Assembly: GCA_051382295.1 (NCBI GenBank)
Contig: JBBCAW010000132.1
Span: forward strand, 1-22,486
Source of the DNA: Bdellovibrionota bacterium FG-1
Lineage (GTDB): Bacteria; Bdellovibrionota; UBA1018
Length of the DNA stretch: 22,486 nucleotides
Reading direction: 5' to 3'
The translations under genes were made by a program, and so were the position numbers. The notes under the pieces are model-generated. The model made no database searches and had not been told where the DNA came from. It saw only the letters and a program-made list of their open reading frames with translations. Below, in pieces: positions 1 through 9,062 of this stretch; positions within the stretch are counted from its first letter, which is position 1; every line of letters starts with the position of its first letter.

Positions 1-185
1 TGATTTTCTTTGTCTTCATTACGGTCTCCTCGGTTGTTTATGGCTTGGGTTGTTTTGTGACTTCCCTAACCAACGTCAATCGAGGGGACTTTTCAATAAC
101 TTCGTGCACCACCCTCTAGTGTTTTTTCAGCATAGCGACTGCCTGGCGCTACACCAAAAAGGTCATCCTTCAAGGGCATCTGCCG

Positions 186-2057
186 ATGTGGACTCCTCTT
201 CCGGTGGGAGGGGAGCCTAATTTTGCCAATCTTTCTCAGGGATATATCACCCCGAGATTTCTGTTTTTTCTGCTTTTCAAAGATTCCTTGGGTTGGACGC
301 TGGGGCTGATTTTTCAGTTTGCGATTGCTGGCTTCGGAACTTTTTTGTTTTGTCGTCAAGCCCTCGGGTTTTTTCCATCCGTTTTTGCGGGCCTGACGTT
401 CATGGCGTGTGGTTTTAACTCGTCTTGGTCGCAGTGGCAGTATTTTATGACGAGCTGCTGGATTCCTTGGATCTCGCTGGCTGGGGCCCGTTTGGCAGTG
501 ATGCCGACTCTCAAAAAAACCGGAATTTTAGCCTTTTTTGTCGCACTTTTGATCTTGGGCGCCTTTCCGGCGGTGGCCGGTTACGCCCTCTATATGGGCG
601 GTTTTTTATTTTTAGTGCTGAGTCTCCAGGCTTGGCGAAGTCACAGGGATTCGTCTCTTCTTTTAAAGACCTTGTTTTTTGGATCGATCGCCCTGGGGCT
701 GGGTATTCTTATTTGCACTTTTCAGCTTATGCCGTTCAAGCAGATGCTTTCTGAGTACGATCTGACCTCTAGAATTGGCGGATATGGAATTGGACTTCGA
801 GCGCTCGGGCGTTTGTTGTTTCCTCTTCGGCATCATTTGGCTCATGTTGAATTTACGGGTTATGTCGGAATACTGGGACTTGGGTTGGCTCTTTCGAGTT
901 TTTTGTTGATGGGTTTTCGTAAGGCCGGTTACCTTCGGCAGACGCCCCTTTTTCCGGCGTTTTGGGTGGGGTTCTCGGTTTTTTCGCTGTTGGTAATCGT
1001 TGGCGAGACAAGTTTAATTAAAGAGATCTGCGCGCGGCTTCCGGTCTTCAATTTCAATAACAACGGCCGAATGCTGAGTGTTTTTGATTTCAGTATGGCC
1101 GTGTTAGCAGGTATTTCTTTTGATATGTTGTGGCGAAAGGGGCTCGAAGGCTTTCCTCCCCGGCGTAAACTATTCATGGTTTTTGCGGTCGGAGCGGTTT
1201 TATTTCAGGGCGCGGATCTGGCCAGAGTTTTGCGATATCAGAATGCGGTAGTTCCGGAGCAGGCATTTTTTCCGATTCCTGAGACTGTTCGGTATACGGC
1301 AAGCCATATTTTGCCTGGCCAGTCGGTCCTAGCCACCACGGGTCCGTTTATGATGCCCGGGACGCTTGGTAATTATGGACTTTCTGAGTGGTTTGCCCAT
1401 GATTTTAAGCGAAATAACGAAAAAGCGGTGTTGGAGCAGATTGTGTCCAATCCGTGGATGAGTGCAACGTCGGCTAGTTTTGATTTTATCCAAGTCAATA
1501 TGGCGTCTCCTTGGATAGACCTCTTGGGGACGCGCTATGTGCTGACTTCTCGGAGTGAGATCCAGGTCGCTGGATCGGCGCGCAAGTGGCCGGGATGGCA
1601 TCTGGCTTTTGAGAGCGAGCTTATGGAAGTTTTGGAGCGAGATCGCTCGCCAGCAGGGGCCTATCTGATTTCACAGTTGGCTTTGACGGATTCTCCGCAG
1701 GGCGCGCAGCCGAGGTGGAGTGATGTTTCGGTGCAAAAACACGAAGCTGAGCATCAGATTTATGAAGTCAAAGTGGCCACCGCCTCTTATCTCGTCATGA
1801 CGATGAGGGTTTGGTCGGGATGGAGCGCGTGGGTAGACGGACAGCCAGCTCAGATTGCGGCTTATCAAAAGATTTTGCCGGCCGTTTTATTGACCCCAGG
1901 TATGCACCGTGTGGAGCTCAAGTACGAGGAGCCTTTTTGGAGGTTGTGGCTCATGATTTCTGGGTTGGCGTTTATATTTACAATGGTGCTGATTATTTCC
2001 ACGGGTAAACCACCCTTGGCGGATAGGCGAACGCAAAGTCCTCCCCCTCAATCGTGA
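186..2057 (+). CDS. YfhO-like (GT-C fold) multi-pass membrane glycosyltransferase; 5' end apparently truncated or interrupted
   Basis: 623-aa ORF with many hydrophobic helices. N-terminal 'G-H-LP-M-W-x-P...GGEP..AN' motif (in-frame AWRYTKKVILQGHLP lies upstream of ATG 186). YfhO-type C-terminus 'SGWSAWVDG...PAVLLTPGMHRVELKYEEP' followed by a final TM helix. In-frame TAG at 117-119. Confidence 0.8.
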   Translation: MWTPLPVGGEPNFANLSQGYITPRFLFFLLFKDSLGWTLGLIFQFAIAGFGTFLFCRQALGFFPSVFAGLTFMACGFNSSWSQWQYFMTSCWIPWISLAGARLAVMPTLKKTGILAFFVALLILGAFPAVAGYALYMGGFLFLVLSLQAWRSHRDSSLLLKTLFFGSIALGLGILICTFQLMPFKQMLSEYDLTSRIGGYGIGLRALGRLLFPLRHHLAHVEFTGYVGILGLGLALSSFLLMGFRKAGYLRQTPLFPAFWVGFSVFSLLVIVGETSLIKEICARLPVFNFNNNGRMLSVFDFSMAVLAGISFDMLWRKGLEGFPPRRKLFMVFAVGAVLFQGADLARVLRYQNAVVPEQAFFPIPETVRYTASHILPGQSVLATTGPFMMPGTLGNYGLSEWFAHDFKRNNEKAVLEQIVSNPWMSATSASFDFIQVNMASPWIDLLGTRYVLTSRSEIQVAGSARKWPGWHLAFESELMEVLERDRSPAGAYLISQLALTDSPQGAQPRWSDVSVQKHEAEHQIYEVKVATASYLVMTMRVWSGWSAWVDGQPAQIAAYQKILPAVLLTPGMHRVELKYEEPFWRLWLMISGLAFIFTMVLIISTGKPPLADRRTQSPPPQS

Positions 2058-3918
2058 GGTTCGGGCTGTAGGCTGGGTCCTGCTTGAGCTGCTCCCCCCA
2101 TTTTTCGCGAAGGGCCGCGGCCTCGCGTTCAAAACGCGGGCGATTTTCTGGAGTACTGTCTGACCCCCGGGTGGCGGACTCAAAGTGATAGAGTTCGGCA
2201 TAGGGTGTGAAAATATTTCGATAGCCGGCTTCACGAACCTTAAGGCAGAAGTCCACATCATTGAAGGCCACGGCAAACCGCTCTTCGTCAAGCCCGCCGA
2301 CCTGCTCATAAACCTCTCGGCGGACGAGGAGACAGGCCGCAGTGACTGCGGAGAGGGCTTGAGCGATCACCGCTCTGCCCATAAATCCGGGTTCGGATCG
2401 AAGGTATCCGCGATGGGAGTGACCTGCAAGTCCTTGAATTCCCAGGATCACTCCCGCATGTTGGATCATGTTATTGGGATAATAAAGCTTGGCGCCTACG
2501 CAACCGACTTCGGGACGAAGGACGTTGCTGACCATCTCTTTGAGCCAACCGGGTGAGATGACCTTGAGATCGTTATTCAGGAGGCCAATGATTTTACCGC
2601 GGGCTTGTTGAACTCCCCAGTTGTTCAGTGCCGAAAAGTTAAAGGGGGCATCGTAGGGGAGGATTCGAACCCGGGGATCTGTACGCAGCTTTTCGAAGTA
2701 CCTTAAAGTTGCTAGTTCTTTGCTGCGATTATCGAGAATGAGAATTTCAAGAGCAGGGTAGTCAGTTTGGTGAAGTAACCCATTGATCAATGGTTTGAGT
2801 AAATCGACCTTGTCTTTGGTTCCGATGATCAAACTGACCAGGGGGGCCGGTTCGGGAATGGGGTAACGGACGCGATGGAGCTGGCTAAATCCGCGCTCGA
2901 CCTTGGCCTGGACGCCTTGGCGATCCAGATGTTCTTGAATGGCTTTGCGGGCGATGTCGTGAGCATAGCTTTTTTGCGTAGGTCCCATTGCGATCGAACC
3001 TGGAATAATTCGCCAATGATAAAGGACATGGGGGATATGTCGAACTTGCTCGGGTTTGGTTTTTTCTAGCACGCGTAAGGCGAGGTCGTAATCCTGGCTT
3101 CCATCGAAGCCCGGGCGAAAGCCGCCCACACTTTTCACTAACGCCGCTCGGTACACGCCCAGGTGGCTAATCATGTTTTGGCAGTAAAAAAGATCGGGGT
3201 TCCAGTCCGACTTGAAATAAGGGTCTGTGGGCTGGCCTTGTGGGTCGAGCTTGTCCTCGTCACTGTAAAGAATGTCAGCGTCGGGGTGGGTATTGAGCTC
3301 CTCTGCCATCATGTAAAGAGCGTGTTCGGTGAGTTCGTCATCGTGGTCAAGGAGAGCGATAAAATCCCCGGTTGCCAGCTCTAGGGCACTATTCGAAGCC
3401 GCGGCGATATGTCCGTTTTTATCGCGAAAAACGACGCGAATTCTCGGGTCCGCTTTTGAATATTCAGACAAAATGTCTCGAATGTGAGGTAGTTTAGAGC
3501 AGTCGTCGGCAATGCAGAGCTCCCAGTCGGGATAGAGCTGTCTGTGGACTGAGTCGATAGCCGCGCGCAAAAGAACAGCGTCAGTGTTGTAGGTGGGCAT
3601 CACAATCGAAAACTTGGGGCGGTAGCCGAGGGTTTTGATGCGGGCTGAGATTTGCTCGCGATCCGTATCAGTCAAGTGGCCGTAAAGGCTCACCCACTTA
3701 GAGTAGCCGGAGTTTTTTTTGAGCAGCCGAAGCTTGACCGCGCCTAGGCCCCCATGCCGCCAAAGATCCCAGGCTTTGATCAGGTTCTCTATGAGCTTCT
3801 TGGGATTGCGTAGCAGGGGTAGGAGTGCGGGGATTCCCAGGCTAAACCCTTTTTGGACCTTTTTGATGATGCGCATGGGCAGAAAGTCTCTATGGGACAT
3901 GACTTTATTGTGTTGCAT
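1993..3918 (-). CDS. Tandem two-domain family 2 glycosyltransferase
   Basis: 641 aa. First GT2 domain: SIVMPTYN, ADDCS, LDHDD, YSDED, QDYD, LYHWR. Second GT2 domain: SLIIGTKD, LDNRS, LLNND, QHAG, FNDVDFCL, HFESATRG. Several nearby Met codons make the start uncertain. Confidence 0.93.
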   Translation of the reverse strand: MQHNKVMSHRDFLPMRIIKKVQKGFSLGIPALLPLLRNPKKLIENLIKAWDLWRHGGLGAVKLRLLKKNSGYSKWVSLYGHLTDTDREQISARIKTLGYRPKFSIVMPTYNTDAVLLRAAIDSVHRQLYPDWELCIADDCSKLPHIRDILSEYSKADPRIRVVFRDKNGHIAAASNSALELATGDFIALLDHDDELTEHALYMMAEELNTHPDADILYSDEDKLDPQGQPTDPYFKSDWNPDLFYCQNMISHLGVYRAALVKSVGGFRPGFDGSQDYDLALRVLEKTKPEQVRHIPHVLYHWRIIPGSIAMGPTQKSYAHDIARKAIQEHLDRQGVQAKVERGFSQLHRVRYPIPEPAPLVSLIIGTKDKVDLLKPLINGLLHQTDYPALEILILDNRSKELATLRYFEKLRTDPRVRILPYDAPFNFSALNNWGVQQARGKIIGLLNNDLKVISPGWLKEMVSNVLRPEVGCVGAKLYYPNNMIQHAGVILGIQGLAGHSHRGYLRSEPGFMGRAVIAQALSAVTAACLLVRREVYEQVGGLDEERFAVAFNDVDFCLKVREAGYRNIFTPYAELYHFESATRGSDSTPENRPRFEREAAALREKWGEQLKQDPAYSPNLTIEGEDFAFAYPPRVVYPWK

Positions 3919-3985
3919 AAGGCTGAAACGAGGTCCAGCGGCATTGTTATTTGTAGTTTTGTTTTGGAACGTCCTGATTTAGGGT

Positions 3986-3990
3986 GAGGA
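3986..3990 (+). promoter_or_regulatory. Shine-Dalgarno site of rfbF
   Basis: GAGGA 4 nt upstream of ATG 3995. Confidence 0.7.
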
Positions 3991-3994
3991 CACT

Positions 3995-4771
3995 ATGAAA
4001 ACCGTCATCCTTTGCGGGGGGCTCGGGACCCGCCTTTCTGAAGAAACTGTGCTTCGTCCAAAACCGCTGGTGACGATTGGTGGCCGTCCGATTTTGTGGC
4101 ACATTATGAACGGCTACGGGCAACAGGGTTTTACCGAGTTTGTTCTCGCCCTGGGCTACAAGGGGGAGCTGATCAAAGAATATTTTCTGAACTATTATTC
4201 ATTGAATAGTGATGTGGAAGTTGACCTTTCAACTGGCAAATTCGTGTGTGAGAATACACGTCCCCGAGACTGGAAAGTGAAGATGGTCGATACAGGGGAT
4301 AAGACAATGACCGGGGGGCGCGTTAAGCGCTTAGAGCAGATGCTTCGTCCTCAGGGCACATTTATGCTGACTTACGGTGACGGCGTCTCGGACGTTAATA
4401 TCGCGGAACTAGTTCGGTTTCATAAGTCCCATGGAAAGCTGGCTACGGTCACGGCTGTTCGCCCCACGGCCCGCTTTGGAGGGATGGCGTTCAAAGATAA
4501 GCAGGTTGTTACGTTCAAAGAGAAGCCTCAATCGGGCGAAGGATGGATCAACGGTGGCTTTTTTGTGATGGAGCCGGGGGTGTTGGACTATCTTGAGGAT
4601 GATTCGACCGTTCTTGAGCAATCCCCTCTTGAGCGTCTCGCGCGGGATGGTCAGCTCATGGCGTTTCATCACGAAGGATATTGGCAGGCGATGGATACCA
4701 TTCGTGAGCGCCAAATGCTTGAAGAGAGCTGGAACTCAGGAAAAGCACCGTGGAAAACCTGGAAGGACTAA
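3995..4771 (+). CDS. rfbF: Glucose-1-phosphate cytidylyltransferase
   Basis: LCGGLGTRLSEET..PKP, LGYKG, VDTG..TMTGGR, LTYGDG, INGGFF, WQAMDT..., GKAPWK motifs; directly followed by rfbG. Confidence 0.96.
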   Translation: MKTVILCGGLGTRLSEETVLRPKPLVTIGGRPILWHIMNGYGQQGFTEFVLALGYKGELIKEYFLNYYSLNSDVEVDLSTGKFVCENTRPRDWKVKMVDTGDKTMTGGRVKRLEQMLRPQGTFMLTYGDGVSDVNIAELVRFHKSHGKLATVTAVRPTARFGGMAFKDKQVVTFKEKPQSGEGWINGGFFVMEPGVLDYLEDDSTVLEQSPLERLARDGQLMAFHHEGYWQAMDTIRERQMLEESWNSGKAPWKTWKD

Positions 4772-4776
4772 GACTC

Positions 4777-5898
4777 GTGGCATTTGGAGATTACTATCGC
4801 GGTAAAAAAGTGCTCGTCACCGGTCACACGGGGTTTAAGGGGTCTTGGTTAACCCAGTGGTTGGTGGATCTGGGGGCTGAGGTTGCCGGGTTTTCCGTGG
4901 ACCTTCCGTCTGAGCCTTCACATTTTCAGGTATTGGGTCTGGCCAAATCCATTCGTGATTTTAGAGGTGACATTCGGGATCCGGCAGCGCTAAGGCGTGC
5001 GATGGATGAGTTTCAGCCGGAGATTGTCTTTCATCTGGCAGCACAAGCGTTAGTGCGCGAATCTTATGAACATCCAGCGGATACCTTCCATGTGAATGTC
5101 GTAGGGACCGCTCATGTTTTGGATGCGGTTAGGCAGACCCGTTCAGTGAGAGTTTCTTTGGTGATCACGAGCGATAAAGTTTATGAAAATCACGAGTGGG
5201 AATATGGATATCGGGAGAATGATCGGCTAGGAGGCAAGGATCCCTACAGTGCTTCCAAAGCGGCCACCGAGATTGTTTTCAGCTCTTGGTTTCGTTCTTT
5301 TTTCAATCAGCCGGGAGCTGCAAGAATTGCTTCCGTTCGTGCAGGAAACGTCATAGGAGGCGGGGATTGGGCTAAGGATCGTCTTGTACCGGATGCGGTT
5401 CGCGCCTGGTCGCGAAACCAAGAGCTTTTGGTACGGAATCCAAAATCGACCCGTCCTTGGCAGCATGTGCTCGAGGCGTTGGGTGGATATTTGTGGCTTG
5501 CCGCTCGTCTTGGGATGGGTGATGAGTCGCGAGGCGCACTCAATGGTGAAGCCTTTAATTTTGGCCCCAACAATGAGGCTCATCAGACTGTCGAAACGCT
5601 GATCGGTGAGATGAAAAAAACATGGAGCCAGGCTGGCTGGTGTTTGGATCCCGCCGGTGTGGGTCAAATGAAAGAGGCGATGTTGTTAAAGGTTTGCTGT
5701 GAAAAAGCTCAGTGGCGATTGGGATGGAACGCCACGCTGAGCTTTGAAGAAGCGGTGCAAATGACCGCTTCTTGGTATCAGGCCTACTATGAAAATTCGG
5801 CTTCCTCCGAGGCTTTAACGAGCCTACAAATTCGTGACTACGTCAAGCGCGCTCAAATGCGAAAAATGATTTGGGCCGATTCAATTCACAAGGTGTAG
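4777..5898 (+). CDS. rfbG: CDP-glucose 4,6-dehydratase
   Basis: VTGHTGFKGSWL, HLAAQ, TSDKVY, YSASK, RAGNVIGGGD, RPWQHVLE motifs. Start moved from 4750 to in-frame GTG 4777, which follows GGAAGGA (4761-4767). Confidence 0.95.
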   Translation: MAFGDYYRGKKVLVTGHTGFKGSWLTQWLVDLGAEVAGFSVDLPSEPSHFQVLGLAKSIRDFRGDIRDPAALRRAMDEFQPEIVFHLAAQALVRESYEHPADTFHVNVVGTAHVLDAVRQTRSVRVSLVITSDKVYENHEWEYGYRENDRLGGKDPYSASKAATEIVFSSWFRSFFNQPGAARIASVRAGNVIGGGDWAKDRLVPDAVRAWSRNQELLVRNPKSTRPWQHVLEALGGYLWLAARLGMGDESRGALNGEAFNFGPNNEAHQTVETLIGEMKKTWSQAGWCLDPAGVGQMKEAMLLKVCCEKAQWRLGWNATLSFEEAVQMTASWYQAYYENSASSEALTSLQIRDYVKRAQMRKMIWADSIHKV

Positions 5899-8208
5899 TT
5901 TTTTAAGGATCGGGTGAGGGACGGAGTAGTGCAGCTGTAAATTCACTTTTCCTTGCGGGACAATCATCGCTTTGAAGGTAATATTCCCTCGAAGAATGGG
6001 TGTCGGTAATTCGTTAATCGTAGCACTCCAGCCTGGGAAATAGGTGTCTGTCACCATAAAAATACCGGGAGAACTGACGACCAGTTCGTAATCCAATGAA
6101 TCGGCCGTTCTAATTACTTTCTCTACTCGGCCCTGAGCGGGCTTAAGTACTTGCGGAGAACCGAGTCCATCTTGGGTAATGACTGCCAGCCCCTCGAGAT
6201 CTGAGAGGGGGACTTTTTTTAGAATTTCTAAGGCTTGAGCTTTTGATCCAGCTGTTTGTACCAACCGAGGAAAATAGCCAACCCCCCCCATTTCAGGGCA
6301 AATATAGCTCTTGATTTTGGTGTCTTCCGCCAGCAGTCGGCATTTAGACTCTTCGTAAGGACCCGGCAGCGTTGAAAAGACCACATCGTCGGGTGTAAAG
6401 GTAAAAAGCGAAATACGATTGAGAAGCAAGAGACGCTGAAAGTCGGACTCAAAAAGGGATTTTGTCGGAAGGTTTCTTACAAACCGATCCGGCTTAATCA
6501 TGTTGCCGGGGTCTGAATCCCACTTGTCCGTCAATCCTCCATTGAGTTCAAAATATCCTTGAGGGTAAATAGCATATAAAACGCGCATATCCAGAATATT
6601 AAAAGCTGCAGACCAATTTGGAAATAGGACCGTGCTTGGACTGTAATGTCTTCGGTCCTCAGAGATCGAAAGCTTTTGAACCGCACCCAGTGGACTAGTA
6701 GGGTCCAGTGCTTCATTGACCGCGGCGACTTCGCGTGCGGGACCATGAGCGAGAAGTTTGGGCAAAAAAACAGCCGAAAAGCTAATGGGCGGAAAAACTA
6801 AAAGACCGATTCCGGCAGCAATGAGTCCTGATTTGTATTTCGTAAATCGCCTAGCAAAGATTGCCAAAGCAAGGAGGGTTACTGAACCGCCCAAAAACGC
6901 GATCTTGATCGCCAAATTTTCTCGATAAAAAAGCGTCAGGAAAGTCAAAGCAGGGACGGTAAGCCAAAAAACAGGGGGCTTTTTTGAATTTTTGAGAGAG
7001 GTGATCGTGGTATGAATGCCGATGCCCGCCATGGAAAGAAAAAGAAATTGAGCATAGGGCAATAAATGCCGCACAAAACGGATGCCAGAGACGCCAGGAA
7101 CGTCGCAAATGGCGTCAGGCATTCCCCAGACAAGGAGGTAGCCAATAGCGGTTAAACTGAGAAGTGGAAAAAGTTGACGGTGGGCTAATGTAGTTATCGC
7201 AATTAAACCAAACCCTGCCAAACTTCCAAAAAGGAAGATGTTATTGGTTCCGATGGTAGGCTTTAGCAACGAGTTTAAAAATGAATCCCGCCCGATTGCT
7301 CCCACGGCAATACAGCCGGTTGCGTTCCGGCTCGAGAAAAAATGTCCGATATTCTCGACTACTGGAATCCATGCTGGCAGAGTGAACAAAAAGCCCAAGC
7401 CGGCAGCAATACCGACTAAAAGTGATCTACCGTGTGTCTGAGGTGCCGCCACCATCGCAAAAATTGCGACCATTAATAAAAACACAAACTGAGATTGAAG
7501 GAATCCGAGGAGGCCAATGAGGATACCTAGAATAAGGGCACTCGTTAGAGCAACCTTCAGTGAAATCTGTTTGCCTGTGATTGCGAGCAGAATCACGGCA
7601 ATCCACGGCCCAAGCATATCTCCATCAAGAAAGACAATGTCGATATAACTAGTATGATAGGGTGCAAGAGTTGCAGCCATTGCGGTAACTAGAGCAGCAG
7701 CTAGCCCCCCTCCCATCAGGAGAACACAAAGCGTAATTCCGGTGGTCCACAATAAGATACGTAAAAATATTAACCAGTCGCGTCCGCTTGAGCTTGGAAA
7801 AAGCCTCAAAAAGGCCCGAGTCGGCGAGTAACGGCTATAATGGCCATCCAGTGCAATGGGATAGCCTGAACCAATATAGGGGTTCCAGCTGGGTAAGGCG
7901 AATGCCCCTGTTGCGTTCTGGCTGAAAAAGTGGTCGGCCGGAAGCTCTTGCGCAGCCGGGGCTCCGGGGTCCACATATCCGATGGCTTTGAGGTTTTTGC
8001 GACATTCTAGCCGAGCCCCGGTAGCCTGACAGTCGGGGAAAACCGTAGCGTGGGTCGCACTTGATGAAAGCGTAAACTGAGGAAGGAGAAAGATACCCCA
8101 CGTCATGAGGGTGGCGCACAAAGCAATCAGTAGCGATCTGAACAAGATCCCGCCCGATAAAGCTCTTTGGAATAGTTTCTTAATGTTTGCAACTAAAGAT
8201 TCTAGCAT
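5881..8208 (-). CDS. YfhO-like (GT-C fold) multi-pass membrane glycosyltransferase
   Basis: 775 aa. N-terminal TM helix, YVDPGA (candidate catalytic Asp), LPSWNPYIGSGYP motif, many TM segments, C-terminal TDTYFPGWSATIN...ILRGNITFKAMIVPQG...LHY domain. Confidence 0.8.
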   Translation of the reverse strand: MLESLVANIKKLFQRALSGGILFRSLLIALCATLMTWGIFLLPQFTLSSSATHATVFPDCQATGARLECRKNLKAIGYVDPGAPAAQELPADHFFSQNATGAFALPSWNPYIGSGYPIALDGHYSRYSPTRAFLRLFPSSSGRDWLIFLRILLWTTGITLCVLLMGGGLAAALVTAMAATLAPYHTSYIDIVFLDGDMLGPWIAVILLAITGKQISLKVALTSALILGILIGLLGFLQSQFVFLLMVAIFAMVAAPQTHGRSLLVGIAAGLGFLFTLPAWIPVVENIGHFFSSRNATGCIAVGAIGRDSFLNSLLKPTIGTNNIFLFGSLAGFGLIAITTLAHRQLFPLLSLTAIGYLLVWGMPDAICDVPGVSGIRFVRHLLPYAQFLFLSMAGIGIHTTITSLKNSKKPPVFWLTVPALTFLTLFYRENLAIKIAFLGGSVTLLALAIFARRFTKYKSGLIAAGIGLLVFPPISFSAVFLPKLLAHGPAREVAAVNEALDPTSPLGAVQKLSISEDRRHYSPSTVLFPNWSAAFNILDMRVLYAIYPQGYFELNGGLTDKWDSDPGNMIKPDRFVRNLPTKSLFESDFQRLLLLNRISLFTFTPDDVVFSTLPGPYEESKCRLLAEDTKIKSYICPEMGGVGYFPRLVQTAGSKAQALEILKKVPLSDLEGLAVITQDGLGSPQVLKPAQGRVEKVIRTADSLDYELVVSSPGIFMVTDTYFPGWSATINELPTPILRGNITFKAMIVPQGKVNLQLHYSVPHPILKKLHLVN

Positions 8209-9062
8209 TTTTCAGTCAGCCCCTGGATGGTTTCTCGGATACCCTGCTCAAGCGATATTTCTGGGCGCCAGGAGGTCGAAGCCATTATTTTTTGGTTATC
8301 CCCCGTGAGTAGAGGCGGGTTGGCATCATTCGGCGGTCGGTGTTCTACGTGCAGAAGGTCCTCTTTGTCCATTGTTTTGGCAATGAGACGGGCAACATCT
8401 TCCAGCGAGACGCCCACTCCGGACGAAATATTGAAAGCGCCCTGAGCCGGGCTTTCCAATAAATGGGCAAATGCAGATCCAACATCAGCCACATGCAGGA
8501 AATCGCGGATCAGTGAGCCGTGGAGCACTGAGGCTTTCTGATTCGCTGCAAGTTTGAGCATGATTGATGGAAAAAGGCGGAGTGGGTTTTCGTTTGGTCC
8601 ATAAAGCAAAAAAACACGACCCCATGCGGCGCTCATTCCCATTTGTGCGGAGTAGGCCAGCAGGATTCGTCGCAAGGAGTCTTTGGCTGCCCCGTATAGG
8701 GTGAGAGGAGCACAAGGAGTGACATCCTCTTGGCAACGGCCTGCCTTTGCCCAGTCATACTCAGCACAGGTACCAGCCATGACCACACGTTTTCCGCCCG
8801 CTTCCGCAAATGCCTCGAGGAGATCAAGGCTGCACCGTACCCAGCGTAGATTTTCTGGGGTTGTCCAAAACTGACCGTGGGTGGTGTTCCAGGCGAGGTG
8901 AAGTAAATGAGAGGGGCGTACTTCATTGAGGACCTCCCGTAACTTGAGTGAGTCGAAGAGGTCAAACGTGTAAACATGGACATCGAAGCCCAGTTGTGAG
9001 AGCCGCTGAACCGCGTGTTGACCAATGAAGCCAGTCCCCCCGGTCACAAAAACGCGCTTCAT
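8202..9062 (-). CDS. NAD(P)-dependent epimerase/reductase (extended SDR), probable CDP-4-keto-6-deoxysugar 4-reductase
   Basis: VTGGTGFIG Rossmann motif, HLAW, GTCAEY, YGAAK (YxxxK); translationally coupled to the RmlC-like gene. The reductase role is inferred from context. Confidence 0.85.
   Translation of the reverse strand: MKRVFVTGGTGFIGQHAVQRLSQLGFDVHVYTFDLFDSLKLREVLNEVRPSHLLHLAWNTTHGQFWTTPENLRWVRCSLDLLEAFAEAGGKRVVMAGTCAEYDWAKAGRCQEDVTPCAPLTLYGAAKDSLRRILLAYSAQMGMSAAWGRVFLLYGPNENPLRLFPSIMLKLAANQKASVLHGSLIRDFLHVADVGSAFAHLLESPAQGAFNISSGVGVSLEDVARLIAKTMDKEDLLHVEHRPPNDANPPLLTGDNQKIMASTSWRPEISLEQGIRETIQGLTEKC

Noticed and set aside
3011..3026. 16-bp exact repeat CGCCAATGATAAAGGA, also at 11836-11851
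   Set aside because: Encodes the conserved LYHWR motif of the two paralogous GT2 domains; explained by protein conservation.
3618..3625. GGCGGTAG ops/JUMPstart-like octamer upstream of rfbF on the + strand
   Set aside because: Lacks the downstream TG of the ops consensus, lies about 370 nt upstream inside the opposite-strand GT2 gene, and another copy occurs antisense within the SDR gene; likely chance.
3713..3720. T8 runs (also 11423-11430, 12636-12643, 13623-13630) as phase-variation tracts
   Set aside because: They are A-runs in Lys-Lys codons on the coding strand, common throughout this sequence, and all frames are intact.
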